From positions 1 to 29,330 of the IMG/VR virus record IMGVR_UViG_3300031450_000012: 29,330 bases of DNA; one strand, 5' to 3'. The notes under the pieces were generated by a model, which worked only from the letters and a program-made list of their open reading frames with translations, made no database searches and was not told where the DNA came from. The position numbers and the translations under genes are program-made. Positions within the stretch are counted from its first letter, which is position 1; each line of letters starts with the position of its first letter. Source of the stretch: a virus. Its lineage: Duplodnaviria; Caudoviricetes. Of the stretch, positions 7,128 to 16,100 are shown one piece after another.

Positions 7128-8603
7128 GTGGCAACTGACCAGCATATATTTGATGAGATTCTATCGAGCGACCGCGTCGGCTCGTATCTCCAGTCTGCTT
7201 ATAATCTGGGCGCGCAGGCGATCCCGGACGATCCCTCATGGATTTGGCAGCAAATTCGATGGAATCCGTGGCTGGCGATGGCCGTTTACGAAGACCTTGA
7301 AGAAAAAGATGCGATGGTTGCCTCGACGCTCGACACGCGCAAAGACGGAGTGATGGCGAAGTCGCGCATCGTGCTTCCGTCGAGCGAAAAGCGGCAGGAC
7401 AAGAAGCTTGCCGAGTTCATTGACGAAACGTTGCATGATTATTTTGATCCGTCCGTGAGCATGATGGGCGGAACTTATTTCGGATTCGACAACTTTATTT
7501 ATGAAGCGCTCGATGCTGTCGGCAAAGGTGTTGCAATCGGCGAAACTATTTTCGCCAACGGGCGAGATCGCGTCTATATCAAAGACGTAAAGTTTAAGCC
7601 GCAGCATCTGTTTAACTTCGGCGACGGCCAGATGGCCGCCTATTCCGCAGGCACATATCAATATCCGCAGACGGGGCCGCTTCGTTTGCGCGGCGGTATT
7701 TATGCGGAAGGTTTGCCGGATGATGGATTGCTGCCGGAGATGAAGTTCTTCGTGCATACCTATCGCCCGCGCTATTCAAACCGTTGGGGATCGCCGCTGC
7801 TTCGCAAAATCTTCTGGCCTTCATGGTTCAAGCGCGCGGCTGTCAAACAGTGGTTGCGTTATTTGGAAAAGGGCGCGGGTTCGGTTGTTGCACGATACAA
7901 CGACGGCGCAGGCCAAGACGAGCAAACACGCGCACTGGACGCAGCGGAGGCCATCAATCAAGAAAGCGCCGTTGCAATTCCGAAAAAGTTTTTGATGGAA
8001 GTGATGGAGCATGTTCGTCCGATTGGAAGCGCGCATCGGGAGTTGGTAGACGATTTTTGCAACAGTGAGATTGCGCGCGCTGTTCTTGGACAAACGCTGA
8101 CAAGTCGCGGCAGCGATGGCGGCGGCTCGCGTGCGCTCGGCGGCGTCCATAATCTTGTGCGAGGGGAAAAGATCGAAGCGGACTCGAAAAGCTTGATGGT
8201 TGCCGTCAATACTCGTCTTGTGTGGCCGTTGACGCTTCTGAATCAAGGGCCGGTTGAAAGACCGCCGACGTGGGTTATCAAATACGATCCGCAACAGGAT
8301 TTGTCGGCAACCTCGACGTGGCTCGCTCGATTGTGGACAATGAAGCTGCCGCTCTCGAAAAGCAAAATCTACAACACTTTTCAGATGGCTGCGCCCGACG
8401 ATGAAGCTGATACGTTGCCGCCGCCAGACGGTGAAGCGAAGCCGAGCATCCCGGAACGGGGCGTTGATTCGGCGGCCTTCGCCGAGAATAAAAAAAAAAC
8501 TCAAGCGAACGGGTTCAACGGGAGATTGAAGCCGCTGCCGGGCTTGAAGATGGAGCGCTTCGAGAAGCTGCGCCCGTCTACGATGCCGCGCTTGAAAGTA
8601 TAA
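7128..8603 (+). CDS. portal protein, DUF935 / Mu gp29-like (0-frame product)
   Basis: YEDLEEKD...TRK, WGSPLLRKIFWP, CNSEIARAVLGQTLTS, GSRALGGVH motifs. Confidence 0.88.
   Translation: MATDQHIFDEILSSDRVGSYLQSAYNLGAQAIPDDPSWIWQQIRWNPWLAMAVYEDLEEKDAMVASTLDTRKDGVMAKSRIVLPSSEKRQDKKLAEFIDETLHDYFDPSVSMMGGTYFGFDNFIYEALDAVGKGVAIGETIFANGRDRVYIKDVKFKPQHLFNFGDGQMAAYSAGTYQYPQTGPLRLRGGIYAEGLPDDGLLPEMKFFVHTYRPRYSNRWGSPLLRKIFWPSWFKRAAVKQWLRYLEKGAGSVVARYNDGAGQDEQTRALDAAEAINQESAVAIPKKFLMEVMEHVRPIGSAHRELVDDFCNSEIARAVLGQTLTSRGSDGGGSRALGGVHNLVRGEKIEADSKSLMVAVNTRLVWPLTLLNQGPVERPPTWVIKYDPQQDLSATSTWLARLWTMKLPLSKSKIYNTFQMAAPDDEADTLPPPDGEAKPSIPERGVDSAAFAENKKKTQANGFNGRLKPLPGLKMERFEKLRPSTMPRLKV
8490..8499 (+). other. 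A10 slippery run (candidate -1 frameshift, portal to MuF)
   Basis: AAT AAA AAA AAA ACT. The -1 frame opens at 8492 right after TAA 8489-8491 and stays open to 9463. Confidence 0.55.
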
Positions 8604-9463
8604 TCGCTGCCGTCGAGACGCTGTCAGGGCTAGACGCAGCACAACAAAATAAGTTCTTTGACAAATTCAGCGACAATTTTGATGCGCTGATAGAAATACT
8701 TGCGCACGGGCTGCTCGCTTCGTATTTGCTCGCGCTCGATCAACTGAAAACTGCTGACGGGAGAGTTGAATTTGATGATCCAATTAAATTCCGCTTTGAT
8801 CTACCCCCAGAGGAAGCAATTGATTACTTTCGACGCAAGCAAGTTGTCACACCGAAGGAGTTCAAGAAGTTAAGCGGTGAAGCGCGTGCCGGAGCCTTCA
8901 AAATCGGCGGCGTCTATCGCACAGATGTTCTTGAATCGTTCAAGGATGAAATTGCGCAGGCGCTGGAGACCGGCGCATCGCAGGCAGACGTAGTCAAAGG
9001 CTTTCGGGAGATTCTTGCCGGGAAATCTCACCGCGAACTTGGCGCGTTTCATCTCGAAACGATTATCCGCACCAACATGCAGATGGCCTACGGCGTTGGT
9101 CGTCGTCGTGCGCTTGAAGGTGTCACAGATGATCTTCCCTTCTGGCAATATCATGCCGTGCTGGATGATCGCACGAGGCCGCGCCACCGCGCGCTCGATG
9201 GCTTGATTTTGCCAAGCGATCATGAGTTTTGGCGCGGTCACTTTCCGCCGTATTCTTTCAACTGTCGTTGCGCTGTTTCTGCAATATCAGCAATTCCAAG
9301 TAACTATGAATCTCCAAGTGTGGCGTATGAAAATCCTGATTTCATAGGAATCCCGCCACAGCCGAATCTTCGGGACGTTATTGAGTCAAGACTAAAGACC
9401 GCCCTAAGCGCGAGGGATGCGCGGAAGATGGTCAAGAAAGATTTTCGGCGTGCGGATAGGTAG
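8492..9463 (+). CDS. portal C-terminal-like segment fused to MuF (Mu gpF / SPP1 gp7-like) head morphogenesis domain; reached by frameshift; 3' end supplied by the inserted element
   Basis: PPEEAIDYFRRK, LETIIRTNMQMAY, WQYHAVLDDRTRPRHRALDG, FWRGHFPPYSFNCRC motifs; no convincing own start or RBS. Confidence 0.8.
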   Translation, partial: KKNSSERVQREIEAAAGLEDGALREAAPVYDAALESIIAAVETLSGLDAAQQNKFFDKFSDNFDALIEILAHGLLASYLLALDQLKTADGRVEFDDPIKFRFDLPPEEAIDYFRRKQVVTPKEFKKLSGEARAGAFKIGGVYRTDVLESFKDEIAQALETGASQADVVKGFREILAGKSHRELGAFHLETIIRTNMQMAYGVGRRRALEGVTDDLPFWQYHAVLDDRTRPRHRALDGLILPSDHEFWRGHFPPYSFNCRCAVSAISAIPSNYESPSVAYENPDFIGIPPQPNLRDVIESRLKTALSARDARKMVKKDFRRADR

Positions 9464-10192
9464 GCCGTTTCCACTAATCACGCCGAACTTGCCTTGTAGC
9501 TTTTCGCCTGCCTGTAATCTTTGGGCAAGGTTAGTTACATGCTGCGCAATCTTTCGCGGATTAAAGTAAGGCTGAATACGCACGGCATGAGCAAAGGTGT
9601 TATCAGAGTTACGCTGTCGGTGTAAGCCAAATTCTTTGCGCCAGATTAACGTGAATAAAACAAGCCATCCTTGATTAAGTAAAAATTCAGTTCGCTTGTT
9701 AAGGTGCTCTGCATGATGCGGCTTCCAATTGCTTCCAATGACCTCTACCGCGACCCGTAAATTAGGGATAGCAACGTCAATTGAGTAAGCGCCCACAGGA
9801 TACTGATATTCTACATTAAATCCTTCTTCGCTTACTGCGTTGCCTGTAATATCTTCGCCATAGTGAACCTTAAACTTTTGGCGGTAGTTGGCCTGTGCGC
9901 GAGCAACTAGGGTTTGCTCTTTGTCTTTCATACCGCGACGGGCTGTCCATGCTGCTTCAAGCTGCTTTTTCACGGTTGACGGTTCGAGTTTAATTCGTTG
10001 CCATTTTAACCTTTCCTGTTCGGATTGGCTGCGCATTGCAATGTCTGACTCGCGTAAGGCGCGTGTAATAACAGGCCGTGAGAAGTTTAATTCCTGACTA
10101 AGCTGTAGAATGCTTGCTCCGGCTTGGTAGCGGCGTATTACATTGCTCAAATTAGGTATTACGATTTTGGTTGTCATGCTCATTCTCTCCAA
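9404..10192 (-). CDS. HTH + DUF559/Vsr-like PD-(D/E)XK endonuclease (homing-endonuclease-like)
   Basis: N-terminal YQAGASILQLSQELNFSRPVITRAL HTH; YQYPVGAYSIDVAIPNLRVAVEVIG...RTEFLLNQGWLVL. Confidence 0.65.
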   Translation of the reverse strand: MERMSMTTKIVIPNLSNVIRRYQAGASILQLSQELNFSRPVITRALRESDIAMRSQSEQERLKWQRIKLEPSTVKKQLEAAWTARRGMKDKEQTLVARAQANYRQKFKVHYGEDITGNAVSEEGFNVEYQYPVGAYSIDVAIPNLRVAVEVIGSNWKPHHAEHLNKRTEFLLNQGWLVLFTLIWRKEFGLHRQRNSDNTFAHAVRIQPYFNPRKIAQHVTNLAQRLQAGEKLQGKFGVISGNGLPIRTPKIFLDHLPRIPRA

Positions 10193-10235
10193 CTGAATAG
10201 GGCGCGCGGCGAGGAACGCGCCCTTACTCGTTCAT

Positions 10236-10490
10236 TTAAGCGGCAATCTTCATCGCCGCATGGCACAAGTCGCCGTAGTCCTGTTCGCAAAGGTGATAAT
10301 CCGTTGCGATGAAGCCAAGCGTAAGAAGCGCCACAAGCGCGGGCGCGTGCTCACGTCCGCATGTATGGCACACAATCAACTCACTATCGGCAAGCATCAA
10401 CTCCGCGCCGATGTTCGGGTTAGTCATGCCACCGCAAAGCGGGCAGGGTTCGGGCATCGGGTTGCTATTCATCTTGATTGCTAGATTCAT
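10236..10490 (-). CDS. small zinc-ribbon protein
   Basis: CPLCGG...VCHTCG. Confidence 0.55.
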   Translation of the reverse strand: MNLAIKMNSNPMPEPCPLCGGMTNPNIGAELMLADSELIVCHTCGREHAPALVALLTLGFIATDYHLCEQDYGDLCHAAMKIAA

Positions 10491-10855
10491 TGTGCTTCCC
10501 TTTCTTCGCAGCCAAGCGCGCGAACGCTGTATGTGACTTTGCCGAAAATCTCAAAGTACATCCCGCCACTGACGAGTATGTGCGGTTCAGCATCATCAAC
10601 GGCTTCAAACCAAACATCGTTGTCATCAATGGTAAGCCGCTTGATATTTAATTCGTTGCCGAGTCTGACAATTACTACGTCGCCGTCGTCGGCTTCGATA
10701 GCAGAATCAACAACTAAGATGTCACCTGTCCGCATGTTCAAGCCTTCCATGTCGGCGGAGACGCGCACAAAGAATGTTGATTCGGGATGCGGAATTAAAT
10801 CATGGTTAAGATTAAACATCCCTAAAGTTTTGATTTCGGAAAGCGGATTGCTCAT
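10487..10855 (-). CDS. S24 peptidase-fold (UmuD/LexA C-terminal-like) protein, likely inactive
   Basis: LIPHPESTFFVRVS, GDILVVD, GDVVIV, IKRL, IFGKVTY motifs; canonical GDSM replaced by ADM. Confidence 0.7.
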   Translation of the reverse strand: MSNPLSEIKTLGMFNLNHDLIPHPESTFFVRVSADMEGLNMRTGDILVVDSAIEADDGDVVIVRLGNELNIKRLTIDDNDVWFEAVDDAEPHILVSGGMYFEIFGKVTYSVRALGCEEREAQ

Positions 10856-11292
10856 GCGCCACCTTCTTTCTGCTTGTCTGCCAAATGTTCTTCGATTTTA
10901 ATTCCCGCGTCATGCAAGGCATCGCGTATCTTCATCAACGCTTCATCATCGGCAATCGTAGCGTTCTCGCCTATCTCCGCATGAGTTTGGCTAACGATGG
11001 CGGCGATTCGCTCCGGCAGCTTGGCGATGGTGTGGGCTAGATTCGATCCTTCGCTTTGTGTGTTCTTATCTTTAGGCAAAGAAGATGAGGCAAAGAAGAT
11101 GTGAAGCGAAGCCATGCTAATGTTGCGGGCTTTCGGCATGAGCCGATGAACTAAAGCGCGCAATTCCTTTTGTGTTTCGCCCTTTACTCTGACGCAAACG
11201 ACAAGAGTGCGCCCTTCAATCTTTTTATACCCTTCCGCCTCTTTCGCTATTTGAGACTGCTTGTTTCGAGGTATGGTATTCTTTCTTTGCAT
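10852..11292 (-). CDS. hypothetical protein (start MQRKNT)
   Basis: AAAGGA RBS upstream of 11292; overlap-coupled to the next gene. Confidence 0.55.
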   Translation of the reverse strand: MQRKNTIPRNKQSQIAKEAEGYKKIEGRTLVVCVRVKGETQKELRALVHRLMPKARNISMASLHIFFASSSLPKDKNTQSEGSNLAHTIAKLPERIAAIVSQTHAEIGENATIADDEALMKIRDALHDAGIKIEEHLADKQKEGGA

Positions 11293-11368
11293 CTGATTTC
11301 CTTTCTTCTGTGAAGGGTTAAGGTGTAGAGGGTTAGGGATGTTTGCCGCATCACCTAACCCGTTTCGC

Positions 11369-11476
11369 TTACGCGATGCCAAACCATTCCGCCATTCTTT
11401 GATTCATGCGCTGGCGTTCGGCTCTTTCGGCGGCTTCGCGTTCTTGGTTGCTTTGCTCTTTGTTTTCGTCTTTCAT
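11369..11476 (-). CDS. 35-aa hypothetical peptide
   Basis: MKDENKEQSNQEREAAERAERQRMNQRMAEWFGIA*; AAAGGGAAG RBS; first ORF after the leftward promoter. Confidence 0.45.
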   Translation of the reverse strand: MKDENKEQSNQEREAAERAERQRMNQRMAEWFGIA

Positions 11477-11520
11477 ACCTGCTTCCCTTTCCGTTTTGTG
11501 ATGTCCAACTGTTAAGTCGT

Positions 11521-11549
11521 ATATTACACGAAGCGCGATATATCGTCAA
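11521..11549 (-). promoter_or_regulatory. leftward sigma70 promoter overlapping an operator-like palindrome
   Basis: Minus-strand TTGACG-17 bp-TAATAT; palindrome CGATATATCG at 11536-11545. Confidence 0.6.
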
Positions 11550-11603
11550 GCACGAAATATATTTCTTTGTGGAATACTTAGTGCTTAGTGATATAGTTTT
11601 TGT

Positions 11604-11825
11604 ATGATTAGACTTGAGCTTGAAAGGCATCTACAAAAGCGCGGTGAGACGTTCTATTGGCTGGCTAAAAACGCGCGCATAAATCATTCTGTTATGTCTA
11701 AACTAAGACACAATGATATGAAGGCTTTACGTCTTGATGTACTTGACCGCATCTGTGAGACTTTAGAGTGCGAGCCGGGCGATATACTTGTGCGAGTCCC
11801 AGACAAGAAAGGCGGCAAGAAATGA
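11604..11825 (+). CDS. Cro/C1-type HTH regulator (HTH_26/YozG-like), probably leaderless
   Basis: LAKNARINHSVMSKL...LRLDVLDRICETLECEPGDIL; TGaTATAGT extended -10 ends 6 nt before the ATG. Confidence 0.85.
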   Translation: MIRLELERHLQKRGETFYWLAKNARINHSVMSKLRHNDMKALRLDVLDRICETLECEPGDILVRVPDKKGGKK

Positions 11826-12202
11826 GTAAGCACGTTAGGTTTATTGCTTATTTAGCTTTCGCTGCTCTTGGGTCGTTCTCTGTTGGGTGTTCGACGAAAT
11901 CAAACAATGCGAGGCCGAATATACAAATCGGTTCTGATGTTTATTTGCACGGCGGTTCGGAAGCTGCAATCGTAGCCATAGACTTAGAATCACTTAGAGA
12001 GTTTGAGAACTTGCAAGCGGCAAAAGACAAGTTTGGAATTGAGCAAATGGGCTTGTCGAGCAAGATTTTCTTAGTGCCTAACCGTACAAAAGTGTTGGTT
12101 ATTGATAAGCCAACAGTAGGGGCTTGTAAGGTTCGCATTCTTGAAGGCGAGCATATTAACGAAGCTGTTTGGACAGATGAAGCATGGATGGTTGATAAAT
12201 AA
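11822..12202 (+). CDS. putative lipoprotein
   Basis: MSKHVRFIAYLAFAALGSFSVG-C lipobox-like signal; overlaps the HTH stop. Confidence 0.55.
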   Translation: MSKHVRFIAYLAFAALGSFSVGCSTKSNNARPNIQIGSDVYLHGGSEAAIVAIDLESLREFENLQAAKDKFGIEQMGLSSKIFLVPNRTKVLVIDKPTVGACKVRILEGEHINEAVWTDEAWMVDK

Positions 12203-12220
12203 CGACTGCTTTGTTTGATC

Positions 12221-12329
12221 TGCTATAATCTTTCCAACATCGTGCGCCGCCAGAGCGCCTGAATAATATCTTGAGGCTCAAAAGAAGTCCGCCCGCTCCG
12301 CTAAAGGAGTCGGCGGGCTTTTACTTTTA
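12221..12329 (+). promoter_or_regulatory. extended -10 promoter + conserved late-leader RNA element, copy 3
   Basis: TGcTATAAT-6 nt-AACATC; GCGC-CGCCAGA-GCGC; GAGGCTC 12273-12279; GAAGTCCGCC...GGCGGGCTTTT. Confidence 0.75.
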
Positions 12330-12346
12330 CTTGGAGGATAAATCGA

Positions 12347-13036
12347 ATGGATGCGACACCACGTAGCTTTGAACTGACCATCGGCTATACCGATAAACAA
12401 GGCACGATTCATAAGAAAATAACTCTTTCGCGCCGTCTGACCGGAAGCCGCCTTTTCTCATCGGATGACGACCCGCAATCGGATATTCCGACGCAACGCG
12501 AAGCCTTGATTATTCGCAATGCTATTACCGAATTCGGCACGCTTTCAATGCCTGTAACGATCAACACGTTGCTTGATCTGGACAGCATTGACCGCGACGA
12601 CCTGACGGCGGAACACGACAAGTTTCTCCAAGAAGGAACGGGCGGGCGTTTCCCTGAATTTCTGGCGGACAACAAAGTGAAGCTGATTTTTGGCTATGAG
12701 AAAGACGGGCAGCGTTACGACCTTATAGAGTTCGGCGCGCGATACACCGGACGCGATGAAGTTGACGCCGATATGCTCGGTTATGACGGCCTTCGGCGGC
12801 TGTGCTTTCTCATCGGCAAGCAAGTTACGAAGTCGTCAACCGCAGACGGCGCGAGCGTGATAGACGGAGCATTACCGATTGAAGTTTTCGATGATTTAGA
12901 CAGCGCGGACATTTTCGCTTTGCAGGTGGCCGCCGAACGCTGGCGGCAAAGCTTTCGTTCCAAAAGCCGAACAGTTCAAGAAGAGGTGGGCGCGGAATCT
13001 GCTTCTGTTGGCGGAGCGGACGGGTTGGAGTCGTAA
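12347..13036 (+). CDS. tail assembly chaperone, copy on the inserted element
   Basis: Homologous along its length to 26020-26724 (DDDP, AITxFGTL, KVKLxFG); precedes a tape measure gene; GGAGGA RBS. Confidence 0.75.
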   Translation: MDATPRSFELTIGYTDKQGTIHKKITLSRRLTGSRLFSSDDDPQSDIPTQREALIIRNAITEFGTLSMPVTINTLLDLDSIDRDDLTAEHDKFLQEGTGGRFPEFLADNKVKLIFGYEKDGQRYDLIEFGARYTGRDEVDADMLGYDGLRRLCFLIGKQVTKSSTADGASVIDGALPIEVFDDLDSADIFALQVAAERWRQSFRSKSRTVQEEVGAESASVGGADGLES

Positions 13037-13118
13037 CGATATTCTTGCGCTCGAAAGTTGGGAGATTGAGGCGTACATCGAAGCTCATAACGAATTAATC
13101 GAAGAGTCTAAAAAGTAA
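12954..13118 (+). CDS. frameshifted chaperone extension (GT / gpE'-like)
   Basis: +1 frame from TTT CGT: FVPKAEQFKKRWARNLLLLAERTGWSRNDILALESWEIEAYIEAHNELIEESKK*; its TAA overlaps the tape measure ATG. Confidence 0.65.
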   Translation, partial: FVPKAEQFKKRWARNLLLLAERTGWSRNDILALESWEIEAYIEAHNELIEESKK

Positions 13119-16100
13119 TGGCTAACGAAACTTTCAATCTGGCAATCTTATTAAGTCTCAAAGACCAAGCCACCGGCGGGCTTGATAAGTTTGCGACGAA
13201 GCTCCGCAATATCGGCAACCTCAGCCGCACCACGTTAAGCGACCTCAATAAGCTCTACGCTAAACTCGGCGCGAGCGTAAGCACTTCCGGCTTCGATCAT
13301 GCGACGGGGCAAGCGCGCACGCTCGGCAAAGAGATTCGCGGTGCTGCCAAAGACTACGAAACCCTGCGGCGCGGTCTTGGACGTGATTCAGCCATTGGCA
13401 AGAAAGGCACGCCGAGCGCGACCCGCGACATAGATGCGGGCATTGGTACGGCGCGGCGCGGAAGAAAGCGCAAACAGGAAACTGCGCTTGACCATATCGA
13501 AGATGTTAATACGGTTGTCAATACAACAGGTCAAATTGCCGATGCGTGGCGTAGCAGAGCGGATTCGATGCGCCCTTACATTGATGCTACGCTTGAACTC
13601 TCGCGCGCACAGGAAAAGTTCAAAGCAATCAATTTATCGCCTCAAGATAATACGCGGGCTTTCGCCGCCGTAAATCAAACCGTCAGGAACATCAGGGGCG
13701 TTACTCTCACAGACGCAACGAAACTCATAACTGATTTACATACTGCAACGGGTTCACTTGAGCACGCCGTAGAAAGCCTGCCGATAGCTTCCAAGTATCA
13801 ATTTGCTTTCTCGTCTCTGTTTGGTGACAAGTTTTCGAGTGACCAAATCGAAGGTCAAATTCAGAATGCTTTCAAATATCTTGAGATGACGGGCAAGGTC
13901 GCGCAGGGACGCGAAGCGATGGAGCGTTCGTTCAACGTGATGGCGCAAATGGGCGCGGCAACGGGCGGGCGCGTTAATCCTGAAGAGATGCTGCTTATGG
14001 CACGGCGCGGCGGCGCATCCGTGCGCGGGCTGTCAGATTTGGGACTTAGAAATATGTCCGCCGTTATCCAAGAACTTGGCGGCTCTGGCGCTGGCACATC
14101 AATGATGAGCGTCTATCAAGAACTTGTCGGCGGCGTGATGAAGCAATCCGCCGCGATGGAGTTTCAAAGGCTCGGCTTTCTCGACAAAAGCAAGATTGAG
14201 TTCAACAAATCGGGCATCATCAAAAGAGTTATGCCGGGTGGCAATGCGCTTGGTTCGATGGTCATGGAAGACCCTTTGAAAGCCGCCGACGCTTTAACGG
14301 CGGCGATGCGCGCAAAGGGCATCACAAGCGATAAGGACATACGAAATGAGCTTGCCGTTCTGTTCCAGAATCGCACGGCAAACAAGCTCATGGACACGCT
14401 CATAACACAGCGTCCGCAAGTGGTTAAAGAGTCGAATCTAGCAGCGGGCGCGAAGGATATTGAGCAACTAAATACACAGGCTTTAGATTCGGCGGCGGGT
14501 AAGATGAAAACTTACGAAACAGCCGTGACCAATTTCAAAACGGCAATCGGTACAGGTCTGCTTCCCTTGCTCACTACTTTTGCAGGCAAACTTACTCCGA
14601 TAGCGAACTACTTTGCAGAGCATGAAAATATCGCAAAGTGGGCGGCATATATTCTTCTTGGCTCGAAAGCGGCGGGCGGACTATTAGAAACGGCTTCTTT
14701 ATTCGGGCAAGGCGGTGGAAAAGCTATAAGCCTCATTCGATGGCTTTCTTCTTCTACGTCCGAAGCGGCAGCGTTAGAAAAAGCGGTAACAGGCGCGTCC
14801 ACAAAAACAGGTGCATTAGCGACGAAGTGGGGAAGTCTCAAGGCGGGTGCGGGAACGATAACGCTTGGCATTGCGGTAGCAGGGTTCACTATCGAACAGC
14901 TTATGACCTTGCTCGACAAGATTGACGAATTAAACAAAGCCGAAGCCGGAAACCGCAAAACGCAGGACATGAATCTGCGCTCATCCCGAAATTATGTTGA
15001 TAAATCGAAAGCCGCTGGCGTTCCGCTTGATAGAAACATTATGCGCGGTAGTGCGGCAGCAGACTTTGCCACGATTGACCAAGAGGGCACACTTAAACAG
15101 GCCATGCGCGGCGGCTTTAAGGAGTTGCTTCGTGATGCGTTCCACGTTGGCGCACCAAGCGATAAAGGTTGGGATAAAATTCTAGGCATCCTGCCCGTTC
15201 CGAGCAAGTGGAATTTGATTGGCAATATCGGCGCGCACGCACTCACCGGATCAGATAATAGACCGTTCTCCTACGGCATCAGCGGCGTAGATAACTATGC
15301 CAAGCAAGTTCACCTTATCCGTGATCGCGCCAAAGATTTAGCCGTGCCGGAACACATGGCTGAAATGCGTAAATATATCAGCGGCATAAAGGATGTGCCG
15401 GAATCGGGAAAGAATTGGTTTACAGGATTACTGCAAAAGTCATTTACCGAATCGTTCAATCAATCAACCCAAATTTTAGCGAGGGAATCGCAGGGCGTTG
15501 CCGAACAAACGAGCACCATTAGCAAAGCTCTTGGCGACTTATTACAGCCAACAAATAACACTACACAAGGCTTCATGTCGCTACTAACGCCACTCGGAAA
15601 CACACCTCAACCGTTCAGAGATGCGGGTGGAGCGGCAAGCGCCTTTGCGGATCAAGCTGAAGCGGCAGCGGGTCGCATCTCAAATGTTAAGATCGAAGTT
15701 CCGCAGGCGTCGCCCGTCCCTAACGTAAATAATCAACCGCAGGCACAACCGCCTACTAACAAACAAAGTAGTCTCATTCCATCTCGCTTCAATAAAGTTG
15801 ATGGCGCAACGCCCAGAACAACTGCTTACCCGACGACCCTAGCTTCATTGCGCGCCTTCGACGCAGACAGGCAGCGCAATAGCGCGCAAACGTTTCCTGT
15901 TCGTGAACAAGTGAAACAAGTGAATGGCGATGCTGTGCGCCCGCGTGCGACACAGCCGACACCTGATGTTGCTCTTGCTTCATTGCGCGGCTTCGACGCA
16001 GACAGGCAGCGCACCGATACACGCGCCTTGCGATTCTCTAGGCCGATAGATGCTGATGGGCGACGCAATGAAACCCGCGCGTATCCGCGCGCCGCTTCTT

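Noticed and set aside
1614-8642. Numerous minus-strand ORFs over the lysis, terminase and portal genes
   Set aside because: Antisense shadows of GC-rich coding sequence with no recognisable motifs.
8726-8728. TTG start for MuF as given in the ORF track
   Set aside because: No RBS, and the frame is open with plausible protein sequence from 8492.
15842-16013. CRISPR-like or DGR template/variable repeat
   Set aside because: Only two in-frame coding copies, the mismatch is C/G rather than adenine-specific, and there is no cas or RT gene.
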